A stretch of 62,835 nucleotides of DNA, filler included, from Rhabdomonas costata (lineage: Eukaryota), in assembly GCA_019059605.1 (NCBI GenBank). It is 33 parts of 33 records of this genome, joined end to end, with 100 filler letters (N's around TTAATTAATTAA, not from the genome) between each part and the next. Parts side by side here need not be neighbours in the genome. Positions count along the whole stretch, not along the records: positions 1 to 1,809 come from JAHMHO010008748.1; positions 1,910 to 3,717 come from JAHMHO010008749.1; positions 3,818 to 5,626 come from JAHMHO010008750.1; positions 5,727 to 7,534 come from JAHMHO010008751.1; positions 7,635 to 9,443 come from JAHMHO010008752.1; positions 9,544 to 11,352 come from JAHMHO010008753.1; positions 11,453 to 13,260 come from JAHMHO010008754.1; 26 more parts are not named here. One strand, 5' to 3'. The number at the start of each line of letters is the position of its first letter. Position 1 is the first letter of the stretch. Shown here in pieces: positions 1 to 11,575 of this stretch. The notes below the pieces were generated by a model. It saw only the letters and a program-made list of their open reading frames with translations, did no database searches and was not told the origin of the DNA. Both the position numbers and the translations under genes were made by a program.

Positions 1-68
1 GTGTGGGGTGTTTCAGAAAGATGGGGCAATCAGCGCGAAGTTTTATGTGGTTCCGCTCCACCCTTCAG

Positions 69-1634
69 GACAAAGCCTTCCGCAGGCGGCGCACGGCGTC
101 CTCCACTACGGCAGCGGATAGCAGCACCCGGCGGCTTGCCACAGTGCTCTTCGTGGACCTCACGGGCTTCGAGCAGTTCGCCCCCAAGCCCGAGCAGGTT
201 TATGGGCACTGTTTGTGGTGTGCACACAGTCCTGTGGCACCTTGTGGCTGTTGCCTCACGTGAAATATGCGAAAGCGGGCTGGACGGATAAGGCGAACGT
301 CATGACCGATGCCATGTTCAGTGGGAAAAGTCTGCTTCTGAGGGAGAGAGACTGTGGCAGTGCCCAAATCTGCACATCCGGTCCCCTGCTTGTTGAGGCA
401 CGAGGTTCTTCCTTAGAAACTGGCAGCTTCCCGTTCTCCTGCGTCCGCTCTTTTCAGCTGATCGAGTGGCACCGGGCCTACCTGACGATGGTACAGGACT
501 GCGTCACCTCCAACAAGGGGATGGTGGACAAGGTCCTGGGTGACCGTGTGACGTGCCTGTGGAACGTGCCGAAGCGGTGCGCGCGGGCGGAGTACTACGC
601 GGTGAAGGCCGGGCTGGCGATGACCGCTCGCTGGAGAACTTTGGTTGCCTCCCTACGGGAGGCTGACGGACCTGAGCTTGCGATCCGGGTGGGCATTGCC
701 AGCTCTGTGGTGACCTTCGGGAACTTCGGCAGCGACACAATGAAGGTTCTTCGGGGTTGTTTTGGGTTAATGTTTCGAAGACATGTCATTGACCAACTCA
801 CGACTTGTCTGCCTAACCACTCCGTGTTTCGCAGGTCTTCACTGTGGTTGGGGAGGCCCTGGAGCACGCCGTGGCGCTGCAGCGGGCGGGCTGCAAGACC
901 CATGGGGTGGCCATTCTGGTCACCGAGGCTGTGGCGAAGCAGGTGCGGTCATTTACTTTCCAATGTCCTTTCCCTTTGAGCTTTCCACGCTGATTGTCAA
1001 AGCTTTGTGTGTCTCGAATTGCTTCGGTCTTTGTGGGCATAATGTTCGCTGGGCTGATGTTTCAATGCTCCACATCCTACGCACACGCCTTTGACAATAC
1101 TCACGCATTGCCTCACCTCTCACCCCTCGACTTCCTTGTCCTGGTTACACTTTTCCTCCCTCTACCTCCTCCACCTGCACCACTTTTCCCCGCATGTTTT
1201 TTCTGCGTGCTTGCCCTATATTTCCCTGCTTTGATTTAGTGAGCATTCATTCAGGCTGCCGTGGAACTATGTGTGTTGCTTATCCTTTTATTATTTTACC
1301 CGTGCGAACTGCTGTGAATTGTTGTGTTGTTCATCACTGATGTTTCAAATCAAAAATATTCCTGGAAAGAACTGGGATTCCATCAGCTTTTGTTTTCAGG
1401 TTCCGTACTCTTGATTGCCTTTGACCCAGCATATGGTTCCTGCGTGGCTCTCTCCTCGACTTTTTGACTGTGTGTTTACGATGGGCTTCCCTTGCATTCC
1501 CAGGTCGAGTTTCACATGAGATGCCAGCCCTGCACCATCCTTCGGCTGACGTACCGCTCCCCGCCAACGCTTGTGCCATGCTACCAGCCTTTGGATGAGG
1601 GCGGCAACGAAGTTTCGGAAAACCAGGACTTGGA
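69..1634 (+). CDS. Class III adenylate/guanylate cyclase-like domain, partial, spliced (exons 69-197, 458-745, 835-942, 1504-1634)
   Basis: GT-AG joins, all phase 0, give ATVLFVDLTGF...GMVDKVLGDRVTCLWN...LAIRVGIASSVVTFGNFGSDTMK/VFTVVGEALEHAVALQ...ILVTEAV. These are class III cyclase motifs. Confidence 0.88.
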
Positions 1635-1809
1635 GTATGCCCCCTTCACCTCACTCTCCAGCATTCGGTTATTGCCATCATCTCTACGTCGAGTCTTGTT
1701 GTTCTGCAGTGCAGAGGGGTGAGATCTCTCGCCCACACACACTTCACTTCATTGTCGTTCAGGACATCCCCCCCAGTTTTACAGACGCTTGCATCATGGA
1801 CCCAAAACC

Positions 1810-1909
1810 NNNNNNNNNNNNNNNNNNNNNNNNNNNNNNNNNNNNNNNNNNNNTTAATTAATTAANNNNNNNNNNNNNNNNNNNNNNNNNNNNNNNNNNN
1901 NNNNNNNNN
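1810..1909. other. Artificial contig linker (first of 32): 44 N + TTAATTAATTAA (stops in all six frames) + 44 N
   Basis: The identical 100-nt block recurs about every 1.9 kb (3718, 5627, 7535, 9444 ... 60928). It separates 33 contigs of near-identical length (about 1.79-1.81 kb). Confidence 0.99.
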
Positions 1910-2026
1910 GTTGGGGGGTGAAAAGGGAGGGGGGCTCGATCTGTACTGTAAATGTAAGCAAACAATAAGAAAACCTGCAACACATAACTCATCAGATCGA
2001 GCCCCCCTCCCTTTTCACCCCGCAAC
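1910..2026. repeat. Contig-terminal inverted repeat (34-bp arms 1910-1943 / 1993-2026, 1 mismatch)
   Basis: gttggggggtgaaaagggaggggggctcgatctg versus cagatcgagcccccctcccttttcaccccgcaac. Confidence 0.95.
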
Positions 2027-2095
2027 CTTAATACGCTCAAACACGGGGGCATTCACAGTGTCAGCCAATGCCAGTATCCCAAGTTTGGGGTGTGG

Positions 2096-2311
2096 TCAAT
2101 TCCCCGAGCCACCGCGAAGGAACACCATTAGGGCAACCGCGGCCACCCCGACAAGCGCGTTCTTCACCGGGTGGTCCTGCAGTCCGCCCATGGGGTCGTG
2201 GAACATCACAAACGGCCATGGGCACTTCCCCGTGGGCTTCTCCGAAGATGACTTCCCCACAGGGCACTGGCCCACCTTCCCGGTCAAGGGGCAGCGTGGA
2301 GCATCCGCCAT
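2096..2311 (-). CDS. Small 71-aa protein with three Cys-Pro motifs and a C-terminal hydrophobic helix
   Basis: Complete ATG-to-stop ORF with GC3-rich codons: MADAPRCPLTGKVGQCPVGK...GKCPWPFVMFHDPMGGLQDHPVKNALVGVAAVALMVFLRGG. Confidence 0.65.
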   Translation of the reverse strand: MADAPRCPLTGKVGQCPVGKSSSEKPTGKCPWPFVMFHDPMGGLQDHPVKNALVGVAAVALMVFLRGGSGN

Positions 2312-2991
2312 AATTCGGAAAAAGTGAACAATAGGAATGATTTCTGTGCGCCAGTGTAAGGAGTTCCACTGTTGATATGACCCAAGTCACTTCAGATAAA
2401 GAGGCGAGGGTAAAAACATGAAGAACAAAACGAAAATCAACAACAACAGAAAAACACATCCTTCATCACCCGTTTGAGCTTTCAAGTCCAGAATTGTCTG
2501 ATTCATAGCGCACTTCTCGATCGTGACTTTTTTTTGGGTGAGTAGAACATCATCATGAATCCCATTACCATTAGTTGCCCACCCCCCAAGTATCAATGCA
2601 CAGAGTGGTCGTCGGTTTGAGAGTGGTCACGTGGTTGGGAGTGGAGAAAAATCGCTGAACAACTGGGTCCTTGTCGTTCGCTCTGTGCTGTTGTGCAAGA
2701 ATTGATGAGAAACTTTAAATGAAAGTGGACTGTCCAAAGTACGAGAAAGGATAGAGCTTTTTCAACAACCTTTTTAGGCTAAGTGGGAGGAGGCGTGGAG
2801 TCTTCTTATATCCCGGAAACGGCGCTCACAACTGAAAACGTTTTGCTGATAAGTCGACAGGACACTCGGGGTCTGCACACTGGGCAGCCACCGCACAGAA
2901 CATCGAGAGTTATGGATGTGCGCACCTCACTCACGCTTTGCACCGAGGAAAGGACCATCAGGAGAGCGGAGGCTTAGAAACGCCACTGGGA

Positions 2992-3262
2992 TCAAAGGCC
3001 ATCGTCAGGCGGGGGCTGGCTGACAGCCTCTCTACCGCCGCCACTGCAGCTTCCGCTGCTAGTGGTGCGGCCCAGGCCCAGGCTATGGGTGCTGCCCAAT
3101 GTTGCGCCCACGGCATGGGTCAAGCCACCCGTGGCACCCGCCGCGGGCGCGGAAAAGGCCCACGCCGCCTCCGCGGGAGAGTCAGTGGAGCGCTTGGCCG
3201 AGGGCATCGCAAGAGCAGCGGAGGGCGAAGGGGAGGGTGAGGGCGAGCTCCCCCCTTCGTAG
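2992..3262 (-). CDS. Probable terminal exon of an unknown gene (Ser/Pro/Ala/Gly-rich)
   Basis: GC-rich open stretch after a tgtcAG acceptor, ending in a stop at 2992. Confidence 0.4.
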
Positions 3263-5995
3263 CTGACACCATCACCACACAGACGCATATGCACCACACC
3301 GCGTGAAAAGCAGGAAAGTAACGGAGGCAGTGACCTGCATGCCGAACTGTAGAAAGTAAAGCGAGCTTCACCGGGAAACTGAGGGACACCACGATATTTA
3401 GGCCACTGGTCTAAAATTAAGGATAATGTCTTTAACAAAAAGCACAAACATAGGCATGTATGGATGCATCATTAAAACGGTGCAGCAACTGCCATTTATC
3501 CTGTTGAGAGCAAGGTTCAATAAAAAGGTTTCCGGAAACATGAGTTGCAGCCACGTGACAAATAGTATCAGTTGGGCGGTGGAGCCCATTAGAAGAACTT
3601 TCAAAACGTTCTCAAGGTTAATATGTATTTAGCAAAAAAAAAAAAGACATAAAAAACGGAATTTGCCACGCCGGTCCGCCCGCAGGGAAGGGGGAAGGGG
3701 GAAGGGACAAACCACAANNNNNNNNNNNNNNNNNNNNNNNNNNNNNNNNNNNNNNNNNNNNTTAATTAATTAANNNNNNNNNNNNNNNNNNNNNNNNNNN
3801 NNNNNNNNNNNNNNNNNTGTGTGTATGTGCGTGTTTGTGTTTGGTGGGGGAGGGGTTGTGCGAAGGGTGCAAGCAAGGAAGAGTGCAGTGAGGGATATTG
3901 CTCATGTTTGTGGAGGTGTTTACGACTGACCGGTCGGCAATGGTGGTTGACCTTTGGTCTGGATGGGATGATCGCGGTTGATGCCAACCCAACCCAACCC
4001 AAAGTTCGTGGCCTTACCGCTGTTGGGCATGCGGTCGGATGTAGGAAGGGGCGATGCCAGGCCGCCGCGCCGGAGCAGCTAGTGAAGATCAATTAAGCGA
4101 GTGGCCACACATACGGGAAAGACGTGGCTTTTTGCCAGGGTTCAAGGCATTACGCCGCAGCGGAAGCACAGAAACACAGAAGGGTCGAATCAAAGAGAGG
4201 GGGGGCTTCTGGAAGAGGCGCGCGGGCAGACAAAAGAAACAGGCGCACGGCGGCGCAGGCAAGGGCAGAAGAGGGAGTGCTTGGTGGGGGCAAGATAGAA
4301 ATGTGGGGAGGCCGCAAGTCTCGCGCCAAGGCACCGGCTGCGATAAAAGGCCAAAGCCCACCACAGCAACGCACGGGGAGAACACACACAGAAGCCGGAA
4401 AGAAGAAGCCCAGAAAAACAGGCAGCTAGTGTAGTAATGGCGTTGGCTCCAACCAAGAAATTTCACAGAGCAACCGCAAAAAAGAATTTTGCGTGGGTGG
4501 TGCTCTGCAACTGAACACATGAAGAAAGAAAAATGGTTATCTACGCCTCGAACTTGAACCACCCACACCAACGTCAGCAAGAATCCAAAGCGATGATTCC
4601 TTTACGAATCCTAGATCTGATCAAGCGCAACAGTGAAAGCGGTAAATTGAGCGAAGAGAAATAAAGTGATGTATTGATGGTTCAAAGAATTCGTAGCAGA
4701 TTGTCACTCCTTTAGGCTTCTTTCGTCCACCAAATTGCCTAGATATCACAATCCATTCTCCTTGCTACTAACGTGTGGCCTCTGAAACAATACATTGTTC
4801 TCCAAAAACCTACTGGAATAACGCGTGGCAAATTCCCCTACTTGTCACTCCGCTCGCTCCTCTCATTCCCGCGTGGGTCCAATTATATCTTGTGCACATA
4901 GATCCCTTTGGTAGGATGTGCATGTGCGCATGTGATGGTCAGCAGATATCAAAGCAGGACTAAACATAAATTCTTTCATTTTTCTTTCCTTTACCGATGT
5001 ATTTCTGTAATTCTATATTCTTACATTTTGGTTTTTTTTGGAATTTGGAATTTTGAGGTTTGTGGCAAACTCGGCACACTTACTGTACGCCAATAAACGC
5101 TTGCAAGCTGTTGAACTATGGTGTGTCAACGAAGGTTCATCTATGCTTTCGGTTAAAAATCACCTTCCCCATGTCCAATAGATCCTGTGCTATGAGCGCT
5201 GCAGTCTGATAGTGGGAGTTTTAGATTGTTTGACCACAAGAAAAGCATCTTTTCCTTTTCAAAATTTGCGCTGAAATTCACAAACACATGATGATTGCTG
5301 ACATTTGCGGTCTCCATCATATGTGTATACTGATGCCAGCACGCTACACTCAAGTCCATGCCACTTTTCAGATAGCATGACACAATACACCATTCACATC
5401 ACAATGTGCTTCCTGTAATGCATCTATGCAATGAGACCTATGCGTGATGATAATTCCAATTCCTTAGTTTCTTATTCCTGTGATGCACTGTGGTAGCGTG
5501 AACAGAAATATAATGTATGCTGTGAAATAGTAAATGCCAGAGATCCCAGGATACCACATTCTAACCACACTCTCTGCTTCCAGTGGGACCCAGTAGATGT
5601 CTGGTCGCATGTTCCTACAACCACACNNNNNNNNNNNNNNNNNNNNNNNNNNNNNNNNNNNNNNNNNNNNTTAATTAATTAANNNNNNNNNNNNNNNNNN
5701 NNNNNNNNNNNNNNNNNNNNNNNNNNTTTTTTTGAATCGGAAAAACTTCAGAAAGGAACACAGTTTTGTTTGGAACTTGCGTTGTGGACGGTCAGCAGGT
5801 GACCAGGAGGGGGGGAGCCCAGTTCTCGCTCAATTCTTTTCGTAAGTTCAGCATGACAAGGGCCTGAATGCCCAAAAAATTGATTCACCGAATATCCCAG
5901 CGAATATTCCCCCACCTCCATAGCACTTTTGGATCTTCCCCCACAAAGATGCACCACGAAAGGCAACTTCCCATGGTGATCACAGGACCACACAC

Positions 5996-6615
5996 CGTGC
6001 TCGTACATCGCCATCGCGTCAGCAAAGGCCGCTTCTGCGGGCGACCTCGAGTGGTCGTCCTCGGGCTCCATGGTGTACATCCACTCTCCACCCATTGGGT
6101 CAGTGGGTACTTTCCGAGGCAGCAGCTGATACACTGCCAATTGAAAGGAGGCTTTCGCGGTGGCCCTCCTGCCAAGAAAAAATGCTCTTTTAACACCAAA
6201 GATAGAGAGTGAGAGAAATGAACTGCGGGAAAATATTCAAGCGCGATTCCCAGCAAAACACAAAGCACCTGCCACAGTCAATGAAGGTCCGGTCGTGGCA
6301 CTGCCCCACGGAAGGCACACCCGGCAGCGCCGACGGACCCGCTGACACCGACGGCGCCGGACTCGGGAGCTCCGCTGCGGGTATCGGTCGGGAGAACAAC
6401 GAGGAAGAAGAGGCGTCAAAGTTGCCTTGGGAGGCAGTGAGGAACCGAATAGACGTTGCACCGTGCAGCAGAGCCGGGGGAAGCTCCTCCGCGGGCACCA
6501 GGTCCACCAGTGTGGCATGTGCCATGTGCTCCACTTGGGCCCTCGTGGCGCGCTCGCAGGCAACGGCGACGCCCAGCCTCCGGGCATGCCTGGCCAGGAA
6601 GAACACCATGGCGAC
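5996..6615 (-). CDS. Second cyclase-like gene: C-terminal end of a class III domain plus a GEWMY segment (exons 6615-6269, 6133-5996; needs a 1-nt correction)
   Basis: FLARHARRLGVAVACERATRAQV...LVDLV...VYQLL...GGEWMYTM resembles the end of protist cyclase domains. GT-AG boundaries are present. Exon phases only match if one base is removed, for example in the G run at 6304-6307. Confidence 0.5.
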
Positions 6616-7183
6616 CTGAGGCGCAGAATAGAATAGAAACAGAATAGGACGGGGTAGGGACCTGCAAAAAAAATGAGAAGGCGCACGAGCCAAAAAAAAA
6701 ATAAAACGCGACAGAACTATCCTCCACAGCCATCATCGATCATCTGCGATAGAGGTGGCGTGTTTCTCCGAGGCAAAAACGCCAGGGGCAGCGCCGTCGC
6801 CCGGGAAGAGCAAGCTGGAGAACACTGGTTCATTACAAGGCTTCAGCATCCATTGCTCTATTAACCATGCACTCCCCATAAAGTAGGGTGCGGGATCAGC
6901 GAAGGAGCGCAACGTCGTGTACCAGAACCAGAATCACTTTGTCAGGAACGATGGAGTCGGAGTCAAAGTTATTATAGTTAAATTTACCGAAAAAAAAGGT
7001 GGGAACTAACAACTAGAAACAACAACAACTAGAATACTTTCTTTTGGAAAGAACAAAGGCTTGGCAACTAGAAAATCTTCAGTGCCGGTAACAGCCAAAA
7101 CAGCAAAGAAAAATCATTGCTGACACACCGGCGTGCAGGTGGGCGGACGGTGTGTCAGCCTACAGTTCTTTCTCTTATCAGTA

Positions 7184-7440
7184 TGCAGGCCTGCAAAGAG
7201 CCAAAAAGAGCCCTTGCAAGCCTGTAGCTCAAAAAACCCCAAAACGGCCCTGAAATGGCCTCTAGCGTGGCTCTAAACCGAAGCATTCTGGCCCAGTCCG
7301 GTGCCAGCATGAAGTACTCCTACCCTTAGGGATGCTAAGGAGGCCCGGCCCAAAGCTTAGGCTCACTACGCAGGCCTGCAAAGGGCCAAAAAGGCCCTTG
7401 CAAGCCTGTGCGAAAATGCCCTTAAAAGGTCCAAAATGGG
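7184..7440. repeat. Diverged direct repeat with about 185-bp spacing (satellite-like)
   Basis: gcaggcctgcaaagagccaaaaagagcccttgcaagcctgt (about 7185) versus gcaggcctgcaaagggccaaaaaggcccttgcaagcctgt (about 7370). Confidence 0.8.
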
Positions 7441-7636
7441 ACCGTGATGGGGCCATATCTCGGCGTAGAAAAGGACTCAGAGGCCGGGAAGCGGCCAACC
7501 AACTCATCTCAGGAGTACTACCACACCCCCAAAANNNNNNNNNNNNNNNNNNNNNNNNNNNNNNNNNNNNNNNNNNNNTTAATTAATTAANNNNNNNNNN
7601 NNNNNNNNNNNNNNNNNNNNNNNNNNNNNNNNNNGG

Positions 7637-9443
7637 GGGGTGCCCGCGATTGTCCTGACGGTGGGCTCGATCTGCCTCAGCGACACCCCGAACAGCCTGC
7701 TGAGCCGAGGGAAGGCGGACGAGGCGCGTGCGGTGCTTCGGAAAATCCGCGGAGTTGAAGGTTTGCGGAAAGAGGTAGAGAGCGATTTTGAAGTTTCGAT
7801 CAAGTATGTTCGTTCTGTGCATTGAGTGCGTACCGTAAGGGTAAAAATGGGGGCGGGCGCTTTTTTTGACGGTTTGTGAGAGCAGATGCAAAAAGTCAGG
7901 AGCTTGAGGTTGTGGTGAAGGATATGCGTGCTGACACCTCCAAAGGTAGAATGAGGCCTACTGGCGTAAAATTAAGATTGGCTGGGAAAAAGATTGCAGT
8001 TCACGAACGGTCCAACTTAAAAGATGAGAGTGTCCCACTTCAGCTCGCACTGACCTTTGCTTCAGGGCCCCGCTTGGAAAAGCGGTAAAAAGGAAAAGGG
8101 CAACGCTTCCTTTTGTCATTTCGAAGCTCGCGTAAATTTCACTGTAAAAAAGTGAGGCACCTTGTCTTTTGCATTGCTGCAGACATACAGGTGGAATTCG
8201 AGGACATCTGCCTCGCTGCAAGAGCCGCGGCCTCGGTGGGAAACCCCTGGCTCACTATTCTGAAGCCCCGGTACCGCCCCCAGCTGGTTCTTGCCATACT
8301 CATCCCTATCTTCCAGCAGGTTACCGGCATCAACACGATCGTGTTCTACGCCCCTCAGCTGTTTAGGTCCTTTTTCTACCTCAAATTTGTCGCCTTTTTT
8401 GTTGTGACACAAGCTGCCGGTGTATGAGGATCATTCTTGATGCTGTTGAGTGTGCGTGGAAACGCAGATGTCAATTTTTTTTCTGACTTTTTGGCGTGAG
8501 CATTCCGTCCAAGTGAGAGCGAGCAGACACTGGCTGTTGACTTGCATTTATCTCAAGTGTTCCTTCCTTCCAGGATTGCTCTCAGAGCTGCTGCACCAGT
8601 TTGCAGTTCCCCCCCCCACACACACACAAGCCCGTTTTCCAACCTCGATTCTCTCATTTTCTGTTGCACAGCTCTCTCGGAGCAGACGCCAAAAACTCCC
8701 TGTTCAGCACGCTGATCGTCGGGGTCATTGGTGTCGTTTCCACCGTGGTGGCCCTGGTTCTTGTCGACCGGGTGGGCCGCAGGATGCTCTTCCTGCAGGG
8801 TGGGGTGCAGATGCTGATCTGTGAGGTCATCATCGGGGCCCTGCTTGGGATTGGCTTCGCTAAGGATGGTGACGTGCTGCCCGCTAGCACGACCAAGGCT
8901 GTGCTGGCATTGATCTGCCTGTTTGCGGCCAGCTTCGCGTGGAGCTGGTATTTTGCAGTTACACTAAGTTCACACATATGCAGCAAAAAACGTCCTGGTT
9001 TCCGATGCCTCGCAACCATGCAACCGTACACATCGGGCACATAAGCTGCTCACAAGAGACAAATTCCAGGGATCGCCATACCATCAAGACATTGGCGTAA
9101 TCTCAGCCTGCTCGCATGCGCTCAACACACGCTCATCTTCGCATTGTAGCGACCTGCAAGAACGCAGGACCTCGTGAATTCTCAGAATGCTTCACCAGTA
9201 TTCTGGGCTAATGTGTTTCCACTGCTAATGAGGTCTTCAAAATGAGGAGACATCAGTGTTCACATTGCATTGCCAGCTTTCGAGCAAACCCCGGCGTGCA
9301 TCATTCACTTTAACACAGGGGTCCGCTGGCCTGGCTGGTGCCCTCGGAGATCCAGCCCCTCGAGACCCGCTCCGCGGCCTTCAGCATCACCGTGCTGGTG
9401 AACTTCCTGGCCACCTTTGCGATTGGCCAGAGCTTCCTCTCCA
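7637..9443 (+). CDS. MFS sugar porter, STP/HUP-type hexose:H+ symporter, partial (exons 7637-7760, 8183-8366, 8672-8947, 9319-9443)
   Basis: Phase-consistent GT-AG splicing gives [55 protein letters not shown] and [24 protein letters not shown]. Confidence 0.95.
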
Positions 9444-9543
9444 NNNNNNNNNNNNNNNNNNNNNNNNNNNNNNNNNNNNNNNNNNNNTTAATTAATTAAN
9501 NNNNNNNNNNNNNNNNNNNNNNNNNNNNNNNNNNNNNNNNNNN

Positions 9544-9736
9544 GTTGTTTCTTTTTCCTTGTTTTTCCTTTTACTTCCAGAGTAGCGTGATTGTCAGAGG
9601 GTTCATGATGTCCCCTGCCGGGAAGCTGGAGAGGGGCAAGTAGAACAGTCTCACTGGGTTGGCACGGTAGAACTGGAACCCTCTGACAATCACGCTACTC
9701 TGGATGTAAAAGGAAAAACAAGGAAAAAGAAACAAC
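9544..9736. repeat. Contig-terminal inverted repeat (61-bp arms 9544-9604 / 9676-9736, 1 mismatch)
   Basis: Direct reverse-complement comparison. The outer arm copies an intron/exon boundary of the minus-strand gene. Confidence 0.95.
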
Positions 9737-10866
9737 AGCATCATGAAAGGGAGGCATACATGCTCGAGAATACGAGACATAATTTTGCCAGGCTGCCCCC
9801 GGAAGCTGCCTTCCCACTGTTTCTTGACCACTTCAAGAATGAAAATACGAGAGGCAACCGTTCACCACTCGGGTCATTTTCAAGATGCGGTGATTCTGCA
9901 AATCGAAACGTTTTCGTAAAAAGGTCATTGACAGGTTTCGGCAGGTGCGAGCACATTTCCTCCGAAGGAGCCAAAAAAGGCGTAGATCCAAAAGCCTCCA
10001 AAAAACCAGATGTCAGACGGAAGGTGAGGGATCAGGGCGATCCACACCAAGAGGAAGTTGCTGTGCACATGCACATTGAATAAAAAGGCAATCGTGGAGT
10101 ATTAATCAATTAGCACCTCCAAGAAATGGGCTACAGGCCTGGGGGGGCATACCCCGACAGAGGACACTGCAGACTCGCTGCCTCCAGCGAGAATCTTCTT
10201 GGAACGCCCCTTGACAAACCGAAAGGGATGCATCGGACGCTGAAGCAACCCAGGGTCAAGTTCCAGCAGCCTGAGAAAGCGGGGGGGGGGCGATGAGGTG
10301 AAGAAAAAAGCCCCGTGGAAGCGCAAAGGGAAGCTTTATTACTTTTCACCGCACTTTAACCCTTAACCCTGGACCAGGCAATTTCCTTCAAGTGGTCGTG
10401 CACAATATTGGGGGGATCCAGTCTATGGGGAGGGATGTCTAAAACTGGCGGAACATAGGCACAACAGCTGGGATGCTGCAATGACATCAAACACATTCAA
10501 GTCAAGAGGGAGGGTGCATCACTCACAAACCACGATTCTGTAATTGTTTACACGGATGAACGACGTATCCACACGCATCGGGAATCCGGCGGGATAAAAT
10601 CAGATGCCTCACATGAGAAGGTCCTGAAACAGGCGCAAGCGTTTCTTTTTGTGAATGGAGCTGTGAAGGAATGAGGGTAGTATAGTCACTTGCCTGCGAA
10701 AGGCCGCCGACTTCAAGAAGGTCGCCTTGGTCGACACGTCATGAGAGGCAGGCGCGTCCTCAGGCAGCTGGGCGGCAGAGCAGGCGCACCGCGGGAGAAC
10801 CAGAAGGACCAGCACAGCCAGTAGGGTTGTAACGTGTGGGGAGTGCGGGCGGATGGAGTGGGGCAT
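9605..10866 (-). CDS. Unknown protein with signal peptide, 5' part, spliced (exons about 10866-10690, 10623-10613, 10270-10153, 9699-9605)
   Basis: ATG at 10866, hydrophobic TLLAVLVLLVLPRCACSA, and phase-consistent splice sites. Confidence 0.55.
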
Positions 10867-11575
10867 TCACACGAGTTATAGGGGAGGTCACGCTGATACA
10901 CGTGCAAGTGCACCGCCAAAAAGGGAAGAAAAAACACTGGAAAGGAGGAGCGGTAGCCACCCCACTAATTCTGAACTCAGAAAAAACACAAAGAAAGTAC
11001 AGGGGTAAGGAAAACGAAAGAAAAGAATGCCAAAAGAGAGTTCTCCTGGCGTAATGAAAAACGGGACGTCGGCTTTCCAGTGAAACACGTACTGGTAGGT
11101 CAGCTCCTTCACGGTGGCCCTACAAAACCCAAACCGGGGTACTGAGAAAACAAACAGGGCTTGGGGCGTAGTAACGGACATATGCGTTCTAGCGCGTCCA
11201 ATAGGTGAGACTGACACAAATTTTTTTTGCTATCGCAATCACCTCTTGCACAGGAAAGTAAAAAAGGTCGCCCACCCAATGCACCACTGGCAAGAAAATA
11301 AGCACAGGGAAATAAACCGAAAACTGAGGATAAATTGGACATCCAACACCCCNNNNNNNNNNNNNNNNNNNNNNNNNNNNNNNNNNNNNNNNNNNNTTAA
11401 TTAATTAANNNNNNNNNNNNNNNNNNNNNNNNNNNNNNNNNNNNNNNNNNNNATGCGCCTGTACACCCATCCGAGACCAGAGGCAGGGATATAGGGCAAA
11501 AATCGGGAATGTCACAGATGAGCTAACCTTAGTTTCGCCCCTAGAAACAGTTTTGTTTTTATCACAGGATTATGA

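Noticed and set aside
10355..10371. TTAACCCTTAACCCT as a telomere or transposon terminus
   Set aside because: Only two units, internal, with no matching opposite end.
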